Assembly: GCA_034439575.1 (NCBI GenBank)
Contig: JAWXAQ010000008.1
Location: 271,359-335,358 of the forward strand
Length of the DNA stretch: 64,000 nucleotides
Direction of reading: 5' to 3'
DNA from: Leptospira sp.
GTDB taxonomy: Bacteria > Spirochaetota > Leptospiria > Leptospirales > Leptospiraceae
Shown here: piece by piece, positions 9,631-20,023 of the stretch
How the letters are laid out: each line of letters starts with the position of its first letter
Position numbering within the stretch: the stretch's first letter is position 1
Translations under genes and position numbers: made by a program
The notes under the pieces: generated by a model
Seen by the model: only the letters and a program-made list of their open reading frames with translations
What the model was told of the DNA's origin: nothing
The model's database searches: none

Positions 9631-11955
9631 CTAGATTCGTTTTTTCGGTAGATATTTATAATATTCCATTTCTACTGTATTGATAAGAAACGTGTAATAC
9701 TTGACGAGTTTTTTATCAAATTTCTTTTTATTCATTTCTTCTCGGTAGAAGTCTGCGAGTTGTCCACGAAATAAGGCCGCTTTTAAATCAGTGCGATTGA
9801 TAAGTATTGTGGAAGGCATGTCTTTCACTGCAACATCATCGGGAATCTGAATCGTTGCAACTGATTGTAAGACTGCATATTCAACTGTTGATGCAACTTT
9901 GTCGTCATTTTGCTCTTTAGCGAGAGTTAGGTTGTTTCTTTTAATATTATCTAAATTTTCATAAATTCGAGATCGTAAGGACTTGGGATCCAATACTTTA
10001 TCTGTGATTTTGTTGAACCTTTTGGGAAAAACAAAATTGTCTGCCGCACGATAGATATTGGCAATTTTTTCTTCCTTTTGGCTACTAGTTCCTTCTTCAC
10101 TTGTACCAGATGACGATGAAACGGCAGGCGAAGAAGAACTTGGTTTCCCCCAATCTCCTACATTGCCAAATTTACCTGAGTTTTTAATATCTTCTCTTAT
10201 TTCTTCTGTTGTTTTTTCTCGGAAAAATAAAGCGGCCATAAATCCAGCAACAACAGAAAAAGGGACTCCAAAAAAGAGAGGCACCGCTGAACGAAGATAA
10301 TACGCCGCTGTTATAAATATCATCGTTCCCACAATAAAAGTCAATATTCCAGCTGGGACATTGAATTTGCTGCTAATATCAGCGGACTTGGCTCGTTCTG
10401 CTTCTTGCAGTTCTAATTCCCGAACGCCAGCATTCATTTTGGCAATGGCATCTGGCCTTAGTTTGTTATTTAGTTCTGGGTGTTTGGGATTGGAAAGACG
10501 ATGGTTGATTGATTTTGCGTAATCCAATTGTTTTTGTAACTCGGGGTTACCCTTACCTTCAAAAGCAAGTTTGTGAATCACTGCCGCCATATAACCATGA
10601 TCTAAAACATAATATACTGATTTACCATTGGATTGTTTTTCTTCGTAATATGAAAATTCAGAAAAAACATCGTCTTTCAAACGTTTGATGTATTCATTTG
10701 CCTTTTCTTCGGAAGTGATGCCAGCACTAGCTACTTCGTCTTCAAAATTAATCCGAAGTAGTGTATGATTGTTTTTTGTGAATTCAGGGATTTTTGTCAT
10801 TACTGTTTTTTGAACAGTTGTATATATATTATCGTCTTTTCTGTGTAAGACGGAACCTTTCTCTTCACACAATCGTTTGAGTATTTTTATGCTGGTATCA
10901 ACTGTCTCTCGAATCAATTGCGCTTGGTTACCTTTTTGCGAAGAGAATGGATAACTTTCAACAAGTGATAAAAACTTTTTTACTTGTTCCTCTGGATTCA
11001 TTTTTTCATCCACAGAGGCAAATTTTTCTTCTTGGAAATAGGAATTCATTTTTTCTACAAAAGCATCATACTTTGCTTCTTTTGCGATTCGTAATAAATG
11101 ATCCTTTGTGAAATTTTCAAGAGAATCCAAGTGAGCTAGAATTTGATTTACTACTTCGGGAAGTTTTTTAAATTTTCCGTCAGGATGAATGTCTAATTCG
11201 TCAATAACTATATGATAATCACTTAATATAGATAAGGCGAGGCCTTGTTCTTTGGCAAAATTAACAAAATCAATTAAAAAGTCAGTCATAGGAATATAGG
11301 GGACTGAGCCAAATCCTTTGCGGACCAAAGAGGAAACTTCAGATTCGAGACTGCCTAACTTTGGATACAGCCAAGGTTGACCTTCTTTGTTGTTTTGGAT
11401 GAGTAAACTTCCTGGATTTTGTTCATCCCAATTTCTGCCTTTCTTTGACCTATTGTCCAAAAGCACTTTGATGAGCTCTTGGGAATAACGAAAACAAGCT
11501 TGTCTATAGGGAATGGTATCGGTTTTGTTTTCTTTTTGTGGTGCCACTAAAGCGATTTTACTCGCGATTTTGTTTCCGTTTTTTATTAGATATGGATACG
11601 CATAAATTACTCTATTGGCGCCTCTATGATCAAGGTCGAGTAATAGACGTAAGGCGTGATGAATCGCACTTTCACTTTTACCTTGTCCACCAAGGTTATT
11701 GTATTTCCCGAGAGCTTCTGGAACTTTATCGAGTGTTAGTAAATAGGAAGGATGAATTTCTTTACTTCCGTGTTTTTCGACACGTTTATGCCAATCTTTC
11801 AATTCATCTAAAATACAACGGGCAGTAGGTGTCAAACTACCTATTGCATCAGAGAGCTGGATATAAGATTGTGAGGTAGGTGCTTGAACATCGGCAGGCG
11901 AAGGGGGTTCTTCACTCTTTCCAATATTGATGTCTAATGTATCCGAATCGTTCAT
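9631..11955 (-). CDS. Large hypothetical membrane-anchored protein
   Basis: 774-aa ORF, mostly helical, with two TM helices at about aa 535-580 followed by a Ser-rich linker. Confidence 0.7.
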   Translation of the reverse strand: MNDSDTLDINIGKSEEPPSPADVQAPTSQSYIQLSDAIGSLTPTARCILDELKDWHKRVEKHGSKEIHPSYLLTLDKVPEALGKYNNLGGQGKSESAIHHALRLLLDLDHRGANRVIYAYPYLIKNGNKIASKIALVAPQKENKTDTIPYRQACFRYSQELIKVLLDNRSKKGRNWDEQNPGSLLIQNNKEGQPWLYPKLGSLESEVSSLVRKGFGSVPYIPMTDFLIDFVNFAKEQGLALSILSDYHIVIDELDIHPDGKFKKLPEVVNQILAHLDSLENFTKDHLLRIAKEAKYDAFVEKMNSYFQEEKFASVDEKMNPEEQVKKFLSLVESYPFSSQKGNQAQLIRETVDTSIKILKRLCEEKGSVLHRKDDNIYTTVQKTVMTKIPEFTKNNHTLLRINFEDEVASAGITSEEKANEYIKRLKDDVFSEFSYYEEKQSNGKSVYYVLDHGYMAAVIHKLAFEGKGNPELQKQLDYAKSINHRLSNPKHPELNNKLRPDAIAKMNAGVRELELQEAERAKSADISSKFNVPAGILTFIVGTMIFITAAYYLRSAVPLFFGVPFSVVAGFMAALFFREKTTEEIREDIKNSGKFGNVGDWGKPSSSSPAVSSSSGTSEEGTSSQKEEKIANIYRAADNFVFPKRFNKITDKVLDPKSLRSRIYENLDNIKRNNLTLAKEQNDDKVASTVEYAVLQSVATIQIPDDVAVKDMPSTILINRTDLKAALFRGQLADFYREEMNKKKFDKKLVKYYTFLINTVEMEYYKYLPKKRI

Positions 11956-11958
11956 ATT

Positions 11959-13215
11959 TTACGCACAGTTGTGGGAGACTAATTGGGCTATAATTTTTGC
12001 CCCACGAGCTATTTCTTGTTTAGCGCGACAATATGTCAAACGTATGCATTTTTCCTTGTGGGAAAATGTTTCTGTCAGCCCTGGAAAAAAATAATGTCCT
12101 GAAACAATATACACCTGTTTCTCTTTGCAAAGTTCATATAAGTCCCTGTTCTGTATTTTTAAGTCGGGAAAATGAATCCAAAGAAAAAATCCGCCGTCTG
12201 GTAAGTGAATAGAGTAGCGAATTTTATGATTCTGAAAGATTTCTTCCAAAATCATTAGCGCATCTTTGAGTTTTTCTTCGTAGTACGGTCGTAATATGTT
12301 ATTCGAAAGTTGGACTAATGTATCGTCTTCCCAAAATATTTTTGCCATTTGAGCACCAAGGTTTCCAGAACTCAAATTGTTTGTGGCACCAAATGAAGAT
12401 AACAGACTGATCACTTCTTCATTCGCTACAACAATTCCAAAACGAACTCCTGGCAGTCCAATTTTCGAAAAACTCAAAGACAGTATCATTCCATCACTAT
12501 AAGTTATGGGTTTTTTATTGCCGATTAAGTTGGGGAAAGGATTACCATAGGCGAGATCAACGAGAAGGGGAATTTTTGTTTGTTTGGATTTTTGGTAAAG
12601 GAATTGCAATTCGTCTAAGGTGATTACATTCCCCGTAGGATTTGTGGGCCTAGAAATTGTAATTATTCCTACGTTTGAAAGATCTATATTGTTACGATCT
12701 ATTTTGTATTTAAATCTATTTTCAGAGATATTTTCTATCAGTGGTAAATGTGATTGAAAAACATCTTCATCGATTGTTTGGTCCGCATAACCAATATATT
12801 CTGGAACAATTGGCAAACAAATTTTTTTAAAACTTCCATCAGACATTCTACCAGAAAAAGCATTCAATAAAAATGAAAATGCGTTTTGACTCCCATTGAA
12901 GAATCCTATATTTTTTGCGTTTAGATTTGCGCCAAACTTTGGGCCAAGGTATTCTGCCGTTTTGTTTAGGATATCTTCATTGCCAATGGGTCCAGAATAG
13001 TCACCAAACATAGTATCAACGGTATCTCTATTTGAAACAATTTTTTGTAGAGTTTGATAGAAGATATCTTCTGCCTCTTTGATTTTGGCTGGATTGCCCC
13101 CGCCCAAAAAAGATATTTCAGATCCTTGCTCCGAGAGGGCATCGCTCAAATCTGCCATCAAACTTTGGATGCCGTTATTTTGTGAAATTTTAGCGGAAAG
13201 GCGAGATAGGAGCAT
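11959..13215 (-). CDS. avtA: Valine-pyruvate aminotransferase
   Basis: LGGGNPA, NGSQ.AF..L.N.FSG, PEYIGY, SRPTNPTGNV, D.AYG.PFP, SFSK.GLPG.R.G. Confidence 0.85.
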   Translation of the reverse strand: MLLSRLSAKISQNNGIQSLMADLSDALSEQGSEISFLGGGNPAKIKEAEDIFYQTLQKIVSNRDTVDTMFGDYSGPIGNEDILNKTAEYLGPKFGANLNAKNIGFFNGSQNAFSFLLNAFSGRMSDGSFKKICLPIVPEYIGYADQTIDEDVFQSHLPLIENISENRFKYKIDRNNIDLSNVGIITISRPTNPTGNVITLDELQFLYQKSKQTKIPLLVDLAYGNPFPNLIGNKKPITYSDGMILSLSFSKIGLPGVRFGIVVANEEVISLLSSFGATNNLSSGNLGAQMAKIFWEDDTLVQLSNNILRPYYEEKLKDALMILEEIFQNHKIRYSIHLPDGGFFLWIHFPDLKIQNRDLYELCKEKQVYIVSGHYFFPGLTETFSHKEKCIRLTYCRAKQEIARGAKIIAQLVSHNCA

Positions 13216-13369
13216 AATTTCTGCCAGTTTTCTGGTCAAATTCTCATTCAGAATTCATTTTTTGCCGTTTTTCTACTAAATTTAAAAATTATGTTCGCAT
13301 AAATGAAAAAGGAAGTGACATAATTCGGTATTGCCTATGTAAAGAGACATAATAAAGGATACCTGTTGG

Positions 13370-14464
13370 ATGAGCACGGAAACATTACAAAGACCGTTAA
13401 AAAAACAAAAAGAAATCGAATTCCATAAACCCACTCTTTCGAGAGAGGATTTAAAAGGCGTTTTAGAATGCCTTGTGGACGAACATTTATCGAGTGGCGA
13501 GATCGTTGAGAGATTTGAAAAATCTTTCTGTCATACGTTTAAATTTAAACAATCCATTTCAACCAATTCACTAACTTCCGCATACCATTTAGGTTTGCTT
13601 GGACTTGGTGTGCAATCTGGTGATCATGTAATACTTTCTAGTTTTGCACCCATTGCTGCATTGGATGCAATTTTTCTATTGAGAGCAAAACCGGTATTAG
13701 TTGATTTGGGCAAAAACTCATTTCATCCAGACATTGAATCGTTTAATAAAAAAAGAAATGAAACGCAAGCCAAGGTTGCCATTTTTGATCATACATTTGG
13801 ATCTCTTATTAATATAGCAAAATATGAATTAGGTGAAACGAAGGTAATCGAAGATTATTCAGAGGCAATTGGTGCTGTATCGGAAGTGATTCCTGTAAGT
13901 AGACAAAGTAATCTTTCTATTTGTGGCCTAAATGCTGAAAATATGATTACAACTGGGAATGGTGCGATGATCACAACCAGTGATACAAATTTAGCACAGG
14001 TCATTCGTTCTTTAAAATCTGGTGTTTCCTCTAAACGAACCTTAGGTGAACCAAAGTTTGACTATAGTTTGGTGGATTACCAAGCAGCATTGGGGATTGA
14101 GCAACTCTCAAAACTCGGTGTCATATTAGAACGCCAGAAAAAAATTGCCCTTGCTTACATGCAAGCGGTTCAAAATTCGAGGCTAGAAACTTATTTTTCA
14201 AACCCAACGGAAGATACCTTTCATAGATTTCCGATCATAATATCTAACCAAGGTTATGAGGAAGTACAAAGGTATTTTAAATCCATTCATATTGGAACCA
14301 AAAGGACCATAGAAGAACCATTGCATTCTGTATTGGAAGAAAATAAACAAGACTACCCGAATGCAGAAAGATTGTTCCAACGTGGGCATTGTATACCTGT
14401 CTATCCGAATCTAACAAAAGATAATGTCCAAAGGATTGCAACAGCGATTAGACGCATTTATTAA
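13370..14464 (+). CDS. DegT/DnrJ/EryC1/StrS-family fold protein, apparently lacking the PLP-binding lysine
   Basis: Family architecture (FE..F, GV..GD.VI, IED..EAIG, ITTG.G.M.TT, QAALG..QL, IP.YP). The SFxxxK position reads GLNAEN. Confidence 0.8.
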   Translation: MSTETLQRPLKKQKEIEFHKPTLSREDLKGVLECLVDEHLSSGEIVERFEKSFCHTFKFKQSISTNSLTSAYHLGLLGLGVQSGDHVILSSFAPIAALDAIFLLRAKPVLVDLGKNSFHPDIESFNKKRNETQAKVAIFDHTFGSLINIAKYELGETKVIEDYSEAIGAVSEVIPVSRQSNLSICGLNAENMITTGNGAMITTSDTNLAQVIRSLKSGVSSKRTLGEPKFDYSLVDYQAALGIEQLSKLGVILERQKKIALAYMQAVQNSRLETYFSNPTEDTFHRFPIIISNQGYEEVQRYFKSIHIGTKRTIEEPLHSVLEENKQDYPNAERLFQRGHCIPVYPNLTKDNVQRIATAIRRIY

Positions 14465-15645
14465 TAGGTAAGGCCACGAACTTATATTCTTTAGATCCTT
14501 TATTTGAGTATAGGTTTGTAAATCCGCCATTAACCATTGACAAACAAACATTAAGAAGGCGCTTTTCATTAGAAAAGCTCTTCTTTTTTTTAACAAAGCC
14601 TGGTGATTTGGTTCATGTCACTGAATTTCCATCAGAAGACTTTTTATCTCAATTTGACAAACTTGGATTTGCAATAGGCACTCCCTGGATAGAAGGTGAG
14701 TTCATTACAAGTGAAATGAATCTTGTGGAATGGGGTCAGTATCATGATCTAAATTCGCCTTACCTTATTCCAAATGAAGGAAAAATTGAATATTCAAAAT
14801 ATCTAAACTCAAAACTTGTCCAAAGGCAATGGAAGGAAGACTTTTCCTTAAGTCCTCTAAAAAGTAAGTTAATTTCATCCGAAGATTTGTTAATTGATTA
14901 TTTGAATGAGTGCCAAAGGCCCATTGTATTAAAAGGCGCTTATGGTATCGCCGGTCGCAATCATATCATTATTGAATCTCCTTCGCAAGGATGGAAGTTA
15001 CAGCAGATTCCCAAAAAATTATATAACTATCCTGTATTTTGTGAAGAGTGGGTTGGCAAAGATCGAATTTTTGATTTTTCTACACTTTGGGATTTTACAG
15101 AATCAGGACCTTCATTTTTAGGCATTACGGAAATGTTAGTTGAAGCGGATGGAAGTTTTCGTGGCATTCGCATGAGTGCAAATATTGAACAAAGGTTAGT
15201 TCATATATTGCCTGATTGCCTTCAAATAATGAAATCCATTTTAGATGCTTCGGAATTTAAACCGATTGGACCTGCGGCAATGGATGGCTTTCTATATAAA
15301 GTGAATCATGAACTAAGAGTTCAGAACTTTTCTGAGATTAACTTTCGCTATTCGATTGGACGAATTTTGTTTGAAATTCGAAAATATAAAAATTTAAGAA
15401 TGTTAGAATCCGGCTTATTATTTTTGCCATTAAATCAAATTAAAAAATTCAATGAAAAAGAATGGTTAAGCGTTGTTAAAAAAGAAACTGGAGCAGAAGT
15501 TTTTTTTGTCACACCAACAAAAGATGCGAAGGGAAAATACTTTCAGAATGTAGGTCTTTATTATGAGGAGAAACAAAACTCCCAACAATCAAATGAACTT
15601 GTCACTTGGTTGGGAGAGGCGTGGAGAAATTTAATAATTAATTAA
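14464..15645 (+). CDS. ATP-grasp-fold protein of unknown function
   Basis: VLKGAYGIAGR, CEEWV, GPAAMDGF, SEINFR. The frame is open from 14452 but the first NTG start is TTG at 14608; an ATA at 14464 overlaps the upstream stop. Confidence 0.65.
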   Translation: MGKATNLYSLDPLFEYRFVNPPLTIDKQTLRRRFSLEKLFFFLTKPGDLVHVTEFPSEDFLSQFDKLGFAIGTPWIEGEFITSEMNLVEWGQYHDLNSPYLIPNEGKIEYSKYLNSKLVQRQWKEDFSLSPLKSKLISSEDLLIDYLNECQRPIVLKGAYGIAGRNHIIIESPSQGWKLQQIPKKLYNYPVFCEEWVGKDRIFDFSTLWDFTESGPSFLGITEMLVEADGSFRGIRMSANIEQRLVHILPDCLQIMKSILDASEFKPIGPAAMDGFLYKVNHELRVQNFSEINFRYSIGRILFEIRKYKNLRMLESGLLFLPLNQIKKFNEKEWLSVVKKETGAEVFFVTPTKDAKGKYFQNVGLYYEEKQNSQQSNELVTWLGEAWRNLIIN

Positions 15646-16424
15646 ACTTCTTCATTATTTCGAATGAATCTATGTTTACCGTTGATTTCGATGACTGGTT
15701 CACCTGATTTACGATCTAAACGTAACTCAAGTGTATCGGTATTTGTAAGAGGTAATGTGGCTTCTAAATTTACTAAAACCTTCTCCCCTTTTTCAGTCCA
15801 AGTACATAACATACGGGCTGTATCATATCCCATTTCACAAGTACCATCATTGTGTAAGCTGATTTTTGCTATGTTTGATTCTGTTTTCCATTTTCCTATG
15901 GCCCAGGTATTTTTCGGCGGAGTGAGTATGGAGCCTGCTTGGTCAGCAAGTAACTTAACTTCGGCGATGGATGTGTCTTTGGCTAATTTTCCTTTATAAA
16001 TATCTAAAATCGTCAAGGTGACTTTTTTTGCCTTAAATTCTTTTTTGAGGCTTAATTTTTGAGCAGATAAAGCATCCTTTAGGGTGAAAATTTCTTCTTG
16101 TCCATTATCTGTTGTTAGTTTGAGTTTTTTGATTCGGTTATGATTGCCCCATTCTTTGGGATCGCCAAATCCATTGTATATGGCAAGTGTTTGGAAACTA
16201 ATATCAGATTTATAACTGATAGAAATGGATTCTCCAATCCCGTCACCTTCAGTTCCTTCCACCCAACTAGAATCCAATCTTCCATCCAAGGCATAAGCCG
16301 GAGGAAATTTTTCTTTTGAATTGGAACGAAAACTACTCGATGTTATGGTAGGTAAGTTTACGGATTGAGCCGTGATTGCCAAAAAACTAATGGCCAGAAA
16401 AGTAAAATAAAAAGATCGATTCAT
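15642..16424 (-). CDS. Secreted protein with discoidin/NADase-type glycan-binding-like domain
   Basis: Signal peptide; ALDG...SSWVEG..GDGIGESI...IYNG...NRIKKL...I.DIYKG....DTSIAEV. Confidence 0.75.
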   Translation of the reverse strand: MNRSFYFTFLAISFLAITAQSVNLPTITSSSFRSNSKEKFPPAYALDGRLDSSWVEGTEGDGIGESISISYKSDISFQTLAIYNGFGDPKEWGNHNRIKKLKLTTDNGQEEIFTLKDALSAQKLSLKKEFKAKKVTLTILDIYKGKLAKDTSIAEVKLLADQAGSILTPPKNTWAIGKWKTESNIAKISLHNDGTCEMGYDTARMLCTWTEKGEKVLVNLEATLPLTNTDTLELRLDRKSGEPVIEINGKHRFIRNNEEV

Positions 16425-16479
16425 CTTGGTAAAATGATATTCTATACGTGGAAAGAGCAAGAAAGAAAATTAAACAATT

Positions 16480-16794
16480 ATGGAAGATATCCATTTAATC
16501 TATATTACGACTAAGAATGCCGAAGAAGCTGAAAAAATTGGAACGATTTTGGTGAAAGAAAAATTGGCTGCCTGTGCGAACATCCTTCCGCAAATGCTCA
16601 GTATTTATGAATGGGAAGGAAAATTGGAAAAAGAATCCGAGGCCCTCCTTTTGCTAAAGACTAAACAAAGTTTGGTGAAAGACCTAATCCAGAGAACAAA
16701 AGAATTACATTCGTATACTGTTCCCTGCATTGTGAGTTATAAAGCAGGGGAGTCAAATGAAGTTTATCTGGATTGGATTCGGAACTCTCTATAA
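16480..16794 (+). CDS. cutA: Divalent-cation tolerance protein CutA
   Basis: LAACANI, SIYEWEG, LKT, HSY.VPCI, YL.W. Confidence 0.93.
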   Translation: MEDIHLIYITTKNAEEAEKIGTILVKEKLAACANILPQMLSIYEWEGKLEKESEALLLLKTKQSLVKDLIQRTKELHSYTVPCIVSYKAGESNEVYLDWIRNSL

Positions 16795-17501
16795 AATTCT
16801 CGGATACGTTCAAATAGAATTTCAAAGCCAAGAGAATCTCTCCATTCATGAAAATCTTTTGGAAGTGTTACCGCCTCAAACCATGCAGTTCCTGGTGCTT
16901 CTTTTGGCATAGCCAAAGCAGAAAATAATGTAGCGACCGTTAGGTCTACTCTTCCGAAACTTTTACCATTAAAGAATTTTTTTGATTTATATATCTCTTG
17001 TATTTCCGAACCCAAAGTTTTCACATTGGTCATAACCAGCTCTACATTTTTGGGATTTATTTTATAACGTTTTCTGAGTACGAGGGAAATAAGATCAAAT
17101 CGTTCTGGAGGAGGGATGATTTCTTCTTTTGTCGGCTGTCTTGTTAAAAATAATTTTCCAATGATTTCAGGGTATGCTAAAATAAAATGATATAAAATAG
17201 TTTGTAGACCTTTACCTAATTGGTCATCGATTTTTTTTTCCATTTCTCTTTCTTCTTCACTAGATGCTGCTTGGAAAGAATCAGAATCAATGAGATCTAA
17301 TATTTTTGAAGATCCTTGTATGACTCCATCTTTCATTTGTAAGACGGGGACAAAAGATTCTGTAGTGATTTCTTTTAATATTTGGATGTGTTCCCCAGGA
17401 ACCAATGTTTTTAATTCATAGTCAAATTTCGCAAGATCCAAAGCAAACCTTGCTTTTTCTGAAAAATGGGAGATGGGGAAGATGTAAAGGAGAGGGGTCA
17501 T
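16764..17501 (-). CDS. Glutathione S-transferase family protein
   Basis: ISHFSEKAR.ALD, VPVL, GS..I, F.R.DLTVA. Confidence 0.85.
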   Translation of the reverse strand: MTPLLYIFPISHFSEKARFALDLAKFDYELKTLVPGEHIQILKEITTESFVPVLQMKDGVIQGSSKILDLIDSDSFQAASSEEEREMEKKIDDQLGKGLQTILYHFILAYPEIIGKLFLTRQPTKEEIIPPPERFDLISLVLRKRYKINPKNVELVMTNVKTLGSEIQEIYKSKKFFNGKSFGRVDLTVATLFSALAMPKEAPGTAWFEAVTLPKDFHEWRDSLGFEILFERIREFYREFRIQSR

Positions 17502-17656
17502 TGATATAATAAGTAATTATTAACGATCATTTTGTCTTTAAAATATTGCATATTTAAATGAGAATCTTCGTATAAATTTGGTAAATTTCGATTTCCTATC
17601 TTTAAAATAAAATATTGATTGATTCTGTATGAATTAGGCTAATTGGCATTGTCGCG

Positions 17657-18844
17657 ATGGAAAATATCAATCGAACTCGGATTTGTAGAGATTTGTTTTT
17701 GAAAATTTTGATACTTCTATTTTGTACATTTTTCTTTAACGCTTGTTTGTTAAATCCTATCATCCGCGCTTTGTTATTCTCTGAAAAAAATAATTCTAAT
17801 CTAAATTTTCTTTTCTTAGCTGGTATGACCAATCCTACATCAGCGACTGAACTTAATGAATCCACCATTTCGTCAAATAAAGATATTACATCTTATTCGA
17901 TTCCATCATTGAACTTAACTGGAAACATTTCTGGGGATAAAATTTCATTAGTATCAGATACTTTAACCAGTATTTCTTCCTATACTGCAAATTTTACAAC
18001 CACAGGCCAAAGAGTCACCATTTCTGGAGTGGAACAAATAAGCGGTGTTACCAGCAATTTCTATACATCAAATTTGACATATACTGTAACAGCTGCAGAC
18101 GGAAGTACAAAAAATTACTATGTTTCTCTAACAGCGCCACGATCGTATGGCGGATCTTCGTTGCGCATTTGGTTAAAAGCAGATTCAATTACAGCGGGCA
18201 ACGGTTCATCGGTGGCAAGTTGGACAGACGATAGTGGTTATGGAAACCATTTTACAAATGTTAATGTTCCCGCTCAGCCAATCTATCAAACATCAAGAAT
18301 CAATGGCTTACCTGCTCTCAATTTTACACAATCTGGTGTTAGCTCACTTGGAATTACGACAGCCACTGGTCTCTATATAGACAACAGTGCCTCTTATTTT
18401 ATCGTTATGAAATTTTATACAAATGCAGGCGGAGCTCAGACTATTTTTAATATCGGAGGAACAGACGGGCGGCAATTTGATATGACCTCTTCTCCAGCTA
18501 ATGTTTGGTTAGGTAGGAATAATTCTGGATGGGATTATTTTTCGTCGTTTGTTTTTCCAACTGAATTTGTGGCTTTTGGGACTGTTCAAAATCTCCAGGT
18601 AAGCAAAAATGAAATCTGGAACGGCGATTTGAAAGCGGAATTAAACCCTGCGAGTACAATCGATTCAATGTATGCTGGAAATCCAGTTAATGCGTTTCTA
18701 TCAAGTGGTAATAGCGATATGGAAGTGGCAGAATTTTTATATTTTAATACATTTTTGTCCCAGACGGAAGTGAACAAAGTATTTTGTTATTTAAATACAA
18801 AATATAATTTATCTTCAACAACTATCAATTGTAATAACATTTGA
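17657..18844 (+). CDS. Surface lipoprotein with Ig/cadherin-like domain plus LamG-like domain
   Basis: Lipobox-like FFNAC. KDITSY...QISGVT.N...TYTVTAADGST..Y module, then LRIWLKAD...W.D.SG.GNH...EFLYFN..LS..E...V..YL..KY. Start uncertain. Confidence 0.7.
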   Translation: MENINRTRICRDLFLKILILLFCTFFFNACLLNPIIRALLFSEKNNSNLNFLFLAGMTNPTSATELNESTISSNKDITSYSIPSLNLTGNISGDKISLVSDTLTSISSYTANFTTTGQRVTISGVEQISGVTSNFYTSNLTYTVTAADGSTKNYYVSLTAPRSYGGSSLRIWLKADSITAGNGSSVASWTDDSGYGNHFTNVNVPAQPIYQTSRINGLPALNFTQSGVSSLGITTATGLYIDNSASYFIVMKFYTNAGGAQTIFNIGGTDGRQFDMTSSPANVWLGRNNSGWDYFSSFVFPTEFVAFGTVQNLQVSKNEIWNGDLKAELNPASTIDSMYAGNPVNAFLSSGNSDMEVAEFLYFNTFLSQTEVNKVFCYLNTKYNLSSTTINCNNI

Positions 18845-19031
18845 TAGTTGTAAAAAAAATTCTTAAAAATTCTGGTCTATAAAAGTTTTTTATCCCAATG
18901 GGAATGAATATACGCCTTTTGTTAGCTTAAGTTTTTTATTTCCGAACATATTGAACTATAAATTGAAGTTTGTAACTAAATATTTGTTTTTGATTGACAA
19001 TATATTTTTAAATTTGATTTAACTACTGATT

Positions 19032-19907
19032 ATGAAGTCAATATTCAAATTTTTGGGAATCGGATTTGGAATCCTTTTTTCTATCATCTTACTCTTTGGT
19101 TTATTTGTTTATATAAACAGTTCTTCTCGAATGAATCAAACTTTTAAGTTAGTTGATCATGGTTTAACTTTACCATCAAATACGAATGATCTGAAGGAAG
19201 GGAAACGTTTATTTATTTCCCGAGGTTGTGTGGATTGTCATGGAGAAAATCTGTCTGGTGCGACTTTCATTGATGATCCTGCGATAGGAAAATATACCGG
19301 AAAAAACTTAACTAGTGGGAAGGGTGGATTTAGTAAAGATAGAGATTTTACATCTTTCTCGAACGCCGTAAGACACGGAGTTGGTGAAGATGGAAAACCA
19401 CTCTTGTTTATGCCTTCCTCAGATTTTCATGGGATGACCGATGTTGAATTAGGAACTATCTTTCAATATGTTCGTTCTGTTCCTCCAGTCGATAAACCGT
19501 ATGAACCTCAACAAGTAGGCCCGCTTGCTCGTGTTTTATTTGTATTGGGAAAGATGCCACTACTTGTAACCGCGGAAAAAATTGACCATGAAATGCAAAG
19601 TGAAAAACAACAAACTGTTGAAGTATCCGTTGCTTACGGAAAATACCTCGCAGCGGGTTGCACAGGATGTCATGGAGAAAAATTGACTGGTGGACCAATT
19701 GCCGGTGCTCCACCTGAATGGCCAGAGGCACAAAACATTACCAAGGTGGGGATCGAAAAGTATTCGGAGGCTCAATTTTTGAATGCGATCCGTACGGGTA
19801 AACGTCCTGATGGTTCTGTGATGAAGCCACCTATGCCTTGGCAAAATATGGCTCATATGACCGATACGGAATTAAAATCCATTCGTTTGTATCTATTAAC
19901 TTTATAG
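19032..19907 (+). CDS. Membrane-anchored dihaem cytochrome c
   Basis: N-terminal TM; CVDCH and CTGCH, each followed by an MP axial-ligand motif. Confidence 0.9.
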   Translation: MKSIFKFLGIGFGILFSIILLFGLFVYINSSSRMNQTFKLVDHGLTLPSNTNDLKEGKRLFISRGCVDCHGENLSGATFIDDPAIGKYTGKNLTSGKGGFSKDRDFTSFSNAVRHGVGEDGKPLLFMPSSDFHGMTDVELGTIFQYVRSVPPVDKPYEPQQVGPLARVLFVLGKMPLLVTAEKIDHEMQSEKQQTVEVSVAYGKYLAAGCTGCHGEKLTGGPIAGAPPEWPEAQNITKVGIEKYSEAQFLNAIRTGKRPDGSVMKPPMPWQNMAHMTDTELKSIRLYLLTL

Positions 19908-19926
19908 ATTATTAAATTCAAAAATT

Positions 19927-19986
19927 AAATCACATAATTCATGTTATTTGTTAACAGACAAATTACAAATGGATTATGTGATTTTT
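19927..19986. terminator. Long AT-rich hairpin between convergent genes (probable terminator)
   Basis: aaatcacataattcat...atggattatgtgattt with inner arms atttgt/acaaat. Confidence 0.55.
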
Positions 19987-20023
19987 TCGAATCGAATATC
20001 GGATAAAATTTTTCTTCTTAAAT

